Shown: positions 17,476 to 24,613 of the stretch, piece by piece | Layout: each line of letters opens with the position of its first letter | Numbering within the stretch: position 1 is the first letter of the stretch | Source of the DNA: Elusimicrobiota bacterium | GTDB lineage: Bacteria; Elusimicrobiota; Elusimicrobia; Elusimicrobiales; UBA9959 | Assembly (NCBI GenBank): GCA_027340875.1 | Contig: DAIENX010000109.1 | Span: 1 to 24,613 of the forward strand | DNA length: 24,613 nt | Reading direction: 5' to 3' | Notes under the pieces: model-generated | What the model saw: only the letters and a program-made list of their open reading frames with translations | Databases searched by the model: none | What the model was told of the DNA's origin: nothing | Translations under genes and position numbers: made by a program

Positions 17476-17504
17476 TTGACACCCGTCAACCCAAGCGCTA
17501 GAAT
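17476..17504 (+). promoter_or_regulatory. Sigma70-type promoter of the C1 peptidase gene, with a palindrome over the -35
   Basis: TTGACA (17476-17481), 17-nt spacer, TAGAAT (17499-17504). GTTGAC-N4-GTCAAC spans 17475-17490, and a GGAGG RBS follows. Confidence 0.8.
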
Positions 17505-17526
17505 TGTCTGAGTTCAGGGAGGATAC

Positions 17527-18516
17527 ATGAAAAAAATATACAGTTTGTTCGCCGCGGCGCTGCTGCTGGCGGCGGGACAGGCCTCTGCCCAGCAGGCTCT
17601 CTCGGGCGGGGTCAGGGAGCAGATAGACCAGGTGCAGGCCGCCATCGAGAAGGCCGGCGCCAAATGGACGGCCGGCGAGAACAATATCTCGTCCGACCGC
17701 GAGAACTGGAAATATTACGTCGGCCTCGACTTCGAGCCCATAGACGCCGAGCCGGTCGCGCTGGACGCCGACGCCCCGCTGCCGCCCGCCTTCGACTGGC
17801 GCGACGCCAACGGCGTCTTCGTAACCCCGATCAGGAACCAGAAGAAATGCGGCTCCTGCTGGGCCTTCTCCATGACCGCCGGCCTGGAGGCCTACACCCT
17901 GCTGAAGGAGAACACCCCCGGCAGGAACCTGGACCTCTCCGAGCAGGTGATGCTTTCCTGCAGCGGCGCGGGCTCCTGCAACGGCGGCCGCCTCAGCGCC
18001 GGCTTCCTGTCGAAGACCGGCCTTCCCCCGGAAACGGACTATCCCTACACCGCCACCGACGGCAGCTGCAAATCGGCCGCGGCCGGCTGGCAGGGCCGCT
18101 CCTACAGGATAGGCGCCTACGGCTCCGTGAGGCAGAGCGTGCAGGCCCTGAAGGCCGCGCTGGTGAAGTACGGCCCGCTGCCCACCGCGTACATGGTCTA
18201 CGAGGACTTCATGCATTACAAGTCCGGCGTTTACTCCTACACCACCGGCAAGCGGCTCGGCGGCCACGCCGTGCTGCTGGTCGGCTACAACGACCCGGAG
18301 CAGTACTTCATCGTCAAGAACAGCTGGGACACCGGCTGGGGCGAGAACGGTTATTTCCGCATCGCCTACTCCCAGATGGACAACCAGGTGAACTTCGGCC
18401 TGAGCACCATCGCCTACAGGGAATCCAAGGACGAGGCGCCCGTCGGAGACGTGGTCCTCGGCGGAGCCTGGAAGCGCGTGGCCCCGATGTTCGAGGGCGT
18501 GAACGCCTGGAACTAA
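17527..18516 (+). CDS. Secreted papain-like cysteine protease (peptidase C1A)
   Basis: Signal peptide, short propeptide, LPPAFDWR, QKKCGSCWAF, DLSEQ, GGHAVLLVGY and KNSW..GWGENGY. Confidence 0.95.
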   Translation: MKKIYSLFAAALLLAAGQASAQQALSGGVREQIDQVQAAIEKAGAKWTAGENNISSDRENWKYYVGLDFEPIDAEPVALDADAPLPPAFDWRDANGVFVTPIRNQKKCGSCWAFSMTAGLEAYTLLKENTPGRNLDLSEQVMLSCSGAGSCNGGRLSAGFLSKTGLPPETDYPYTATDGSCKSAAAGWQGRSYRIGAYGSVRQSVQALKAALVKYGPLPTAYMVYEDFMHYKSGVYSYTTGKRLGGHAVLLVGYNDPEQYFIVKNSWDTGWGENGYFRIAYSQMDNQVNFGLSTIAYRESKDEAPVGDVVLGGAWKRVAPMFEGVNAWN

Positions 18517-18531
18517 GGAAGTTCCCGGCAG

Positions 18532-18572
18532 AAAAGAGGAACGGCGCGGAATTCCGCGCCGTTCCTCTTTTT
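18532..18572. terminator. Bidirectional terminator (perfect 40-bp palindrome)
   Basis: aaaagaggaacggcgcggaa|ttccgcgccgttcctctttt between convergent genes, with an A tract on the left and a T tract on the right. Confidence 0.85.
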
Positions 18573-18585
18573 AGGCCGCCGGGGG

Positions 18586-19122
18586 TCAGTCGTTGGCCGA
18601 CTTGATCTTGCTCTCCAGCAGGTTGGAGATCAGCAGCATCGTGGCGGAGTCCAGCGAGGCGGTGGACTTCTCGAAGCGCTTCACCCTGTCCTCGGCCTCG
18701 TAGTAGCGCTGTACGCCGGGGATCAGGCCCAGCGCGTCGGTGACCGTTCCCCGCAGGCCCATAGCGGAGCGCACGTTGGCGGGGGCGCCGCCGGCCGCCA
18801 CCTCGCTCATGATCCTGTCCAGCTCTTTCAGCCAGTTGTCCAGGTCGTTCTCCCGCGAGAGGTAGGCCTCGGCGTCGCCTATCAGCCAGAGGCGGATGAA
18901 CTCCATCTCGTCCTGCGCGGGCGCCAGGCCTTTCTGCAGCTTGGAGATCAGTATCTTGACCGTCTCGGCGGTGGCCGCCTGCATTTCCTCGCGCAGCGCG
19001 GCGTTCAGGTTGAACAGGGCGTCGTAGAGGCCGCGGAGCTGGTCCGGCCTCTTCTCGGAAACGAATTTGTTGTAGGCCGCTGCGGCCTCTCCCCTCAGTT
19101 CCGCGCTGGTCTTTGCGCCCAT
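18586..19122 (-). CDS. Hypothetical alpha-helical cytoplasmic protein (178 aa)
   Basis: GGAGG RBS before ATG 19122, host-like codon usage, amphipathic helical pattern, no recognised motif. Confidence 0.75.
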   Translation of the reverse strand: MGAKTSAELRGEAAAAYNKFVSEKRPDQLRGLYDALFNLNAALREEMQAATAETVKILISKLQKGLAPAQDEMEFIRLWLIGDAEAYLSRENDLDNWLKELDRIMSEVAAGGAPANVRSAMGLRGTVTDALGLIPGVQRYYEAEDRVKRFEKSTASLDSATMLLISNLLESKIKSAND

Positions 19123-19242
19123 GTCGCCTCCCGTCTGACGTCTCCCGCCGTTGCCGGCGGGGCTAAACAGATTATATATTAAAAAACTTTCTCCCGTGAA
19201 CCTGAGCCGGTACGGCAACTTTCCTATAATATATCCTCAGAG

Positions 19243-20508
19243 ATGCTTAAATTCTTCAAGGACCTGAAGAACAGGAACCACCGGCGCATACAGGGCGGGC
19301 TCGAGCTGCTGAAGTACATAGGCCCGGGCCTGATAGTGACCGTCGGCTTCATAGATCCGGGCAACTGGGCCTCCAACCTCGCCGCCGGCGCGTCGTTCGG
19401 CTATTCCCTGCTGTGGATGGTGACCCTGTCCACGCTGATGCTGATAATACTGCAGCACAACGTGGCGCACCTGGGCATAGCCAGCGGCCTGTGCCTGAGC
19501 GAGGCGGCGGAGAAGTACGTGAGTCCGTCGCTGGCCCGGCCGCTGCTTTGGTCCGCGATGGCCGCCTCGGCCGCCACCTCCCTGGCCGAGATAATGGGCG
19601 GCGCTATAGCCCTGCAGATGCTCTTCGGAGTGCCTGTAAAGCTGGGCGCGGCCATGGTCGCGGCGCTGGTCGTATACCTGCTCTTCTCCAATAACTACCG
19701 CCGGCTCGAAAAATGGATAATCGGCTTCGTGTCGCTGATCGGCCTGTCCTTCATCTACGAGCTGAGCCTCGCCCCTGTGGATTGGGGCAGGGCCGCGGCC
19801 GGCTGGGTGGTGCCGGCCACTCCGGCGGGCTCCATGGTTGTGGTGATGAGCGTGCTGGGCGCGGTGGTGATGCCCCACAACCTGTTCCTGCACTCGGAGA
19901 TAATACAGAGCCGCCAGTGGAACCTCGAGGACGAGAAGGTCATCCGCCGCCAGCTCAAGTTCGAGTTCACCGACACGCTGCTGTCCATGCTGGTGGGCTG
20001 GGCCATCAACAGCGCGATGATAATCATGGCGGCCGCCACCTTCTTCAAGGCCGGAAAACCGGTCTCCGAATTGCAGCAGGCGCAGGAGATGCTGGCGCCG
20101 CTGCTCGGCGGGCATTCGGCCCTGGTGTTCGCTCTCGCGCTGCTGTTCGCGGGCGTCTCGTCCAGCGTCACCTCGGGCATGGCCGGAGCCTCCATCTTCG
20201 CAGGCCTCTACGGCGAGCCGCTGAACCTGAAGGACAGCCACAGCCGCATGGGCGTCTATATCTCTTTCCTCGCCTCGCTGGCGGTGATACTCTTCATCAG
20301 CGACCCGTTCCGGGGGCTCATCTATTCCCAGATGGCGCTCAGCGTGCAACTGCCGTTCACGATATTCCTGCAGGTCTACCTGACCTCGTCGAAGAAGGTG
20401 ATGGGCCGCCACGCCAACCCGCGCTGGATGGTCGCCGTGCTCTCCGTCATCGGCCTCACGGTCGCCTTGCTGAACGTGAAGCTGCTGCTGGGCCTCTTCG
20501 CCGACTGA
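19243..20508 (+). CDS. mntH: Nramp-family divalent metal (Mn/Fe) transporter
   Basis: GFIDPGNW and VMPHNLFLHS motifs, about 11 TM segments, SQMALSVQLPF; TATAAT at 19225-19230 upstream. Confidence 0.9.
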   Translation: MLKFFKDLKNRNHRRIQGGLELLKYIGPGLIVTVGFIDPGNWASNLAAGASFGYSLLWMVTLSTLMLIILQHNVAHLGIASGLCLSEAAEKYVSPSLARPLLWSAMAASAATSLAEIMGGAIALQMLFGVPVKLGAAMVAALVVYLLFSNNYRRLEKWIIGFVSLIGLSFIYELSLAPVDWGRAAAGWVVPATPAGSMVVVMSVLGAVVMPHNLFLHSEIIQSRQWNLEDEKVIRRQLKFEFTDTLLSMLVGWAINSAMIIMAAATFFKAGKPVSELQQAQEMLAPLLGGHSALVFALALLFAGVSSSVTSGMAGASIFAGLYGEPLNLKDSHSRMGVYISFLASLAVILFISDPFRGLIYSQMALSVQLPFTIFLQVYLTSSKKVMGRHANPRWMVAVLSVIGLTVALLNVKLLLGLFAD

Positions 20509-20546
20509 CGGTGCGGTTCCTCCCGAATTGCTAAAATCTATCCGGC

Positions 20547-21746
20547 ATGAACAACCTGCTCGACCGCTGGCGCAAGACCGATCCCGCTTTCAGGGCTTTC
20601 CTGCTCGGGGTTTTCTTCCTGGGCATCAACGCCGGGATCCTCTCCTCGGCCTTCAACAACTACCTCAACGACGCCTTCCGTCTCACCTCGGAGCAGCGCG
20701 GCTTCCTGGAGTTCCCGCGCGAGCTGCCCGGCTTCATGGTGGTCTTCATGACCGGCCTGCTGGTGGCGCTGCCGGTGCGCCTCTGGGCGGTGATCACCGG
20801 CCTGCTGACCGCCGCCGGCGTCGCCGGTCTGGGCTTCCTCTCCCCGTCCTACTACCCTATGGTTTTCTGGATGCTGCTCTGGAGCGCCGGCAGCCACCTC
20901 TTCATGCCGGTGGAGAGCGTTATGGGCCTGCGCTTCTCGAAGGCCGGAGGGCACGGGCGCAGGCTAGGCCAGATAAGCGGCATGACCAATTTCGCCGGCA
21001 TAGCCGGGGCCGGGCTGGTCTGGGTGCTGGCGAAGACCACCGGCGCGCGCATCTACCACTGGGCCTTCGCGCTGGGCGCGGCGGCCTCTCTGGTCTCGGC
21101 CTGGCTCTTCTACCGCGTGGGCGGGGAAGAGGACGCGGTGCCGGGCGGCAAGCGCTTCGTGTTCAAGTGGCGCTACAAGTGGTATTACCTGCTGAACATC
21201 CTGTTCGGCGCGCGCAAGCAGATCTTCCTCACCTTCGCCCCGTGGGTGCTGGTCACCGTCTTCGGGGCGAGCCCCGCCGTGATGGCCGCGCTGCTGCTGG
21301 CCGCGTCCGCTCTGGGAGTGGTGTTCAGGCAGGCCCTCGGCGCCATCGTGGACCGTTTCGGCGAGAGGAAGGTGCTGCTGGCCGACGCGCTGATCCTTCT
21401 CGTCATCTGCGCGGGCTTCGGTTTCAGCTCGCTTAAGCCGGTGCTGTACTCCCTGTTCATCATGGACAATCTGATGTTCGCCGTGCGCATAGCCAGGACC
21501 ACCTATCTCAACCGTATAGCCGAGAAAAAAGAGGACATAGCCCCCTCGCTGTCGCTCGGCGTGACCATGGACCACGCCATGTCCATGGCGGTGCCCGCCG
21601 CGGGCGGCCTGCTCTGGGCGGCCTACGGCTACAGGTCGGTCTTTTACGCCGCCGCCTTCATCGCTTTCGGCATCTTCCTGGCCGCGCTGGCGGTGGACGA
21701 AAGGCCGGCCAAGCCCGCCCCGGCCCTGCTGGTGCCGGAAGACTGA
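20547..21746 (+). CDS. MFS transporter
   Basis: About 12 hydrophobic segments, RELPGF block, and motif A-like GAIVDRFGERK. Confidence 0.88.
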   Translation: MNNLLDRWRKTDPAFRAFLLGVFFLGINAGILSSAFNNYLNDAFRLTSEQRGFLEFPRELPGFMVVFMTGLLVALPVRLWAVITGLLTAAGVAGLGFLSPSYYPMVFWMLLWSAGSHLFMPVESVMGLRFSKAGGHGRRLGQISGMTNFAGIAGAGLVWVLAKTTGARIYHWAFALGAAASLVSAWLFYRVGGEEDAVPGGKRFVFKWRYKWYYLLNILFGARKQIFLTFAPWVLVTVFGASPAVMAALLLAASALGVVFRQALGAIVDRFGERKVLLADALILLVICAGFGFSSLKPVLYSLFIMDNLMFAVRIARTTYLNRIAEKKEDIAPSLSLGVTMDHAMSMAVPAAGGLLWAAYGYRSVFYAAAFIAFGIFLAALAVDERPAKPAPALLVPED

Positions 21747-21931
21747 ACTCTCCTTCGCGCGCCCCGGGCGGGAGGCTGGCCGCGTCCGCGCAAGACCCGT
21801 TCCGCCCATGTCCGCGCGCAATAAAACCGGTCCCGGAAGCGTTATATAAAGGACGCTCCCGGCCCGGCTTATTTCTGTATAATACGCTCAGCGGCCGCTG
21901 CGGGGCCGGATAGCGGGTTATGGAGAAAAAT

Positions 21932-22711
21932 ATGAAGAAGAATTTTTTAGCTTTTGCGGCGCTGCTGATGGCTGCGGCCCTGTCCCTTGCCCAGGCGCAG
22001 GGCAATTCGGACAATAAGGGTAATAAAGGCAACAACGGGAATCCGCCGGAAGTTACCGATTCCGGCACGCAGCCGGCCGACCCCGGCGTAAGACCGGCCA
22101 TACCTGGCAATAAAGGCGGGAACGGACAGGACGACAATGGCGGCGGCAACAGCGGGAAGCCGCCGGAGGTTACCGATTCCGGCACCCAGCCGGCCGATCC
22201 CGGGGTCAGGCCTGCCATACCCGGCGGCAAAGGCGGGAAAGGGCGGGACAACAATGGCGGCGACCGCACCGGCCGGCCCGGCCAGCCGCGCGGCGAACGC
22301 CTTGAGAAGCGCGGCGAGCTTCGGGAGGACCGCGGGGAAAGGCTTGAAAAGCGCGGCGAAGACCGCGAAGAGCGCGGCGAACGCGTGGAAGACCGCGGCG
22401 AGAAATGGCAGCGGAAGGCCGACAGGATGGAGCAGAAGAGCGACAGGCAGGAAGCCCTCGGCCACGACAAGGCCGCCGAACGGCTGGACAGGTCCTCCGA
22501 CCGCATGGAGCAGAAGGGCGAGCGGATGGAGAACAAGGGCGACCGCATGCAGAACCAGGGGGAGCGCATGCAGCGCAAAGGCGGCCGCATGGAGCGCCAG
22601 GGCGGGCGCATGGAGAACAAGGGCGACCGCATGCAGCGCCAGGGCAACAGCATGGAGAACCGCGGGCAGCGGATGCAGAAGTCCCGCGGCGGCGGCAAAG
22701 GCCGGAACTGA
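21932..22711 (+). CDS. Secreted low-complexity repeat protein
   Basis: GGAG RBS before ATG 21932, signal peptide, two 39-aa repeats and many 7-aa xGxR(M/L)xx repeats; TATAAT at 21878 upstream and a terminator downstream. Confidence 0.82.
   Translation: MKKNFLAFAALLMAAALSLAQAQGNSDNKGNKGNNGNPPEVTDSGTQPADPGVRPAIPGNKGGNGQDDNGGGNSGKPPEVTDSGTQPADPGVRPAIPGGKGGKGRDNNGGDRTGRPGQPRGERLEKRGELREDRGERLEKRGEDREERGERVEDRGEKWQRKADRMEQKSDRQEALGHDKAAERLDRSSDRMEQKGERMENKGDRMQNQGERMQRKGGRMERQGGRMENKGDRMQRQGNSMENRGQRMQKSRGGGKGRN
22028..22262 (+). repeat. Intragenic tandem duplication with a 117-nt period
   Basis: PPEVTDSGTQPADPGVRPAIPG is encoded from 22043 and again from 22160, with only synonymous differences in that block. 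Confidence 0.9.
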
Positions 22712-22731
22712 GACGCTATTCTTAACATGGG

Positions 22732-22763
22732 AAGCCCCGGTGAAAGCCGGGGCTTTTTATTTT
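22732..22763 (+). terminator. Rho-independent terminator
   Basis: aagccccgg-t-gaaa-g-ccggggctt followed by tttatttt. Confidence 0.88.
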
Positions 22764-22764
22764 G

Positions 22765-22788
22765 AAAGGGGTCAGGTCTTGATTTTTG
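22765..22788 (+). repeat. 24-nt direct repeat, left copy
   Basis: aaaggggtcaggtcttgatttttg, 23/24 identical to 24433-24456. Confidence 0.85.
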
Positions 22789-22839
22789 TAAAATGCGGCT
22801 TATCGACGTAAAAGTCCAGCTAACGTGACGCGAGCGTAA

Positions 22840-22868
22840 TTGACAAACATCAACCTGCCACTTATACT
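22840..22868 (+). promoter_or_regulatory. Near-consensus sigma70 promoter
   Basis: TTGACA (22840-22845), 17-nt spacer, TATACT (22863-22868). Confidence 0.75.
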
Positions 22869-23012
22869 ATTTTGCGGGGATATCATAATTGGGTTAAGTC
22901 CTTCAGTATAACGCAACAGCGGATCTGGTCCAGGCAGCCATCTTGCAGCAGGGAGCGGCGAAATGGGCGCAGGTAAGCGGGTGGAAATGAAAGCCTCAAT
23001 GGTCCCAGGGCG

Positions 23013-23270
23013 CAAGTCCGGGGCGTGGGGTTGTTTGGCGGCGCGCGGGTCCTGTCGGCGGTTTGTCTCGTCAGGCACGGCGTCGCGAACACCGTTCGCG
23101 CGCCTCCTCACTCGGTCGTCGCGCTTACGCAAGCTCCTCCCTGCGCGAAGGCCTTCCTCGCCAGAACCGCCGCCACCCGCGCATATCAGCCGCTGCCTAC
23201 GCCTGGCTCAAGGCTGTCATTCATACACGGACCTGAAAAATCCGGGGTTTTCTGTCATGGAAGATTAAAA
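23013..23270 (-). repeat. Structured non-coding element, copy 2 (inverted relative to copy 1; core 23013-23235)
   Basis: The reverse complement shares exact 18-nt and 21-nt blocks with 1709-1726 and 1828-1848. Outer stem caggtccg/cggacttg and hairpin cgcgaac-ggt-gttcgcg. Confidence 0.8.
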
Positions 23271-23283
23271 GGAGTAACGCGCT

Positions 23284-24318
23284 ATGAGAACTGCTAAATT
23301 CAAGACACTTTTTATGGCGGGAATGTTTCTCTGCCTGGCCGCCGCGGGATGGGCTCAGGAGCAAAGCAAAGGTCCCCGAATTATATTGGAAGAGGAAGAA
23401 GTAACGCTCTTTGATGATAGCGGAAAAGAATTGGGGAAACGCTATGTGAGTAAAATTGGGGAAGAAAAGCGTGTGATATTAAATCAGGTAAAAGAAAAGG
23501 TGCGGCGAAAACTTGGGGTTAAATCAGAGCAAGAGGTGCAAAAGAAAAGGTTATGGCGGAAGGCGAAAGAAGAAAATGAAAAGTTGATTAAAATCCAGGA
23601 ACTTAGCCAGCCTACACTGAAGTTTGCCGATAAAGATGGGAGGATTGTAAGGGAACTTAAACTCCGAAACATAACGGAACGCCATAAAGTTCCCTCTAGA
23701 AATGGTGATGAAAGTATTGAGGTTTCGTCAGAAAATATACAGGTTGCAATCTTGTCTGATTCCGGCAATGCGGCAGGTATTATTGGCATAGATGAAGTTA
23801 CAGCTTGGGATTCTAGAATTTCCTCTACAATGACCTTTGAATATTTTAATGCAAATGGAGAAAAGAAATGGTCTGTCAATCATATTAAACCCTGGGTCAA
23901 CTCCGATCCAAGAAGAAGCGCCATATTTTCGGCTGATGGTAAACGCGTGATACTGGCAATTGCGCGGTTGCCTCGCAATGCAGATATGGAGCTATATCCT
24001 AATTGGGTAGTTGTTTATGATGAGGCTGGGAAAGAGCTTGTGCGTTTTGGCCCATATGACCAGTTAAGAAACATGTACCTTTCAAAAAATGGACGATATG
24101 GGTATTTTGCTACAGGCAATTCATCAGTTTGTTTTTCGGTTGATAGCAAGGCTTTACACGAATTCCCTCAAGAGCGCGTTAAACGAGAGTTAAATGGGGT
24201 TATCCGAGTTTCAGAAACAGGGCACTGTACTATTAATAGGGTTGTGCTTCCTACAGAAATTAATGAGGACGGAGATCCAAAAACAAAAGTTGTGCGGGAA
24301 TTTTTGTTTAAGGAATAA
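23284..24318 (+). CDS. AT-rich secreted hypothetical protein (charged N-terminal part, beta-rich and possibly propeller-like C-terminal part)
   Basis: AAGGAG RBS, signal peptide (AGWA-Q), 344-aa ORF in AT-rich DNA, and repeated turn motifs LSDSG, FSADG, LSKNG and VSETG. Confidence 0.8.
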   Translation: MRTAKFKTLFMAGMFLCLAAAGWAQEQSKGPRIILEEEEVTLFDDSGKELGKRYVSKIGEEKRVILNQVKEKVRRKLGVKSEQEVQKKRLWRKAKEENEKLIKIQELSQPTLKFADKDGRIVRELKLRNITERHKVPSRNGDESIEVSSENIQVAILSDSGNAAGIIGIDEVTAWDSRISSTMTFEYFNANGEKKWSVNHIKPWVNSDPRRSAIFSADGKRVILAIARLPRNADMELYPNWVVVYDEAGKELVRFGPYDQLRNMYLSKNGRYGYFATGNSSVCFSVDSKALHEFPQERVKRELNGVIRVSETGHCTINRVVLPTEINEDGDPKTKVVREFLFKE

Positions 24319-24323
24319 GTCCT

Positions 24324-24461
24324 ATGAGAAAGGAACGAATTTTGAGCGCAGCATGCTTGCTCATCAGTCTCTTGATGTCTAATGCTTTTGCGCAATTTAT
24401 TGATCCGCCATTTGCCGGTCAGGTAATCCGGAAAAGGGGTCAGGTCTTGACTTTTGACTAG
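24324..24461 (+). pseudogene. 5' stub of a secreted-protein gene, truncated at the direct repeat
   Basis: MRKERILSAACLLISLLMSNAFA-QFIDPPFAGQVIR-KRGQVLTFD*: an intact signal peptide starting 5 nt after the upstream stop. The frame runs into the 24-nt repeat and stops just after it. Confidence 0.6.
24433..24456 (+). repeat. 24-nt direct repeat, right copy
   Basis: aaaggggtcaggtcttgacttttg, 23/24 identical to 22765-22788. Confidence 0.85.
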
Positions 24462-24613
24462 GTGGGAAACGACAGGCGGTTGTTGTTGCGCAGAAGGTAA
24501 AGATTCAAGCTCTGGTTCATTAGGCTGAGAGGGCAAATAATAAAGGTATATATAATAATAGTCCCGGAAAAGACTGGAAAAACGACGATTTTTCGACTGT
24601 GCGGGCGGGGTCT

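Noticed and set aside
15556..18267. 903-aa minus-strand ORF and other long antisense or alternate-frame ORFs (for example 4160-5386, 11270-12421, 19237-20412)
   Set aside because: They are shadows of well-supported genes in GC-rich DNA and carry no motifs of their own.
18582..18589. Other GGGGTCAG octamers (also near 3805, 17608 and 22202) and ggggtct at the window end
   Set aside because: They lack the gtcttga-ttttg extension and mostly fall in coding DNA, so they are expected by chance; the terminal one is cut off by the window edge.
19123..19242. Mn-sensing riboswitch or metal-regulator box upstream of the Nramp gene
   Set aside because: The -10 box lies only 12 nt before the ATG, leaving no room for a riboswitch, and I see no convincing operator palindrome.
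22280..22680. 21-nt periodic repeats as a CRISPR array or non-coding tandem repeat
   Set aside because: They are degenerate in-frame coding heptads with no repeat-spacer structure, and no cas genes are present.
22875..23012. c-di-GMP riboswitch in the long leader (contains aaagcctc)
   Set aside because: The rest of the class I or class II consensus and the paired stems are missing.
23205..23240. SRP-RNA-like tcaggtccg on the minus strand, and RNase P-like gaggaaggcc nearby
   Set aside because: The following SRP GGAAGGAAGCAGC motif and the RNase P P4 partner are absent, and copy 1 does not conserve these strings.

Overview
GC-rich bacterial chromosomal segment with 22 complete or near-complete genes and one gene stub; no rRNA, tRNA, CRISPR array or transposase is recognisable. 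Bases 1-8130 form an anaerobic-respiration cluster: a 5'-truncated cytochrome c with about 15 heme motifs (+), a minus-strand operon (tetraheme c, 4x[4Fe-4S] NrfC-like protein, NrfD-like protein, tatA, tatC), and a divergent System II maturation operon (resB/ccsB, ccsA, secreted OB-fold/NrfJ-like protein). The middle holds mostly single-gene units: macrodomain, AAA_28/NadR-like kinase, class A acid phosphatase, FIST-adenylate cyclase, a three-repeat secreted protein, pcp, aspA, PfkB kinase with add, a papain-like protease, a helical hypothetical, an Nramp and an MFS transporter, and a low-complexity secreted protein. The right end is an AT-rich segment bounded by a 24-nt direct repeat that cuts off a gene. 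The most notable observation is a 223-nt non-coding element present twice in opposite orientation (1657-1879 and 23013-23235). The copies have diverged in sequence but keep nested stems through compensatory base-pair changes, so it is a candidate unannotated structured RNA or MITE-like ssDNA element. All protein calls come from motif recognition by eye, not database searches.
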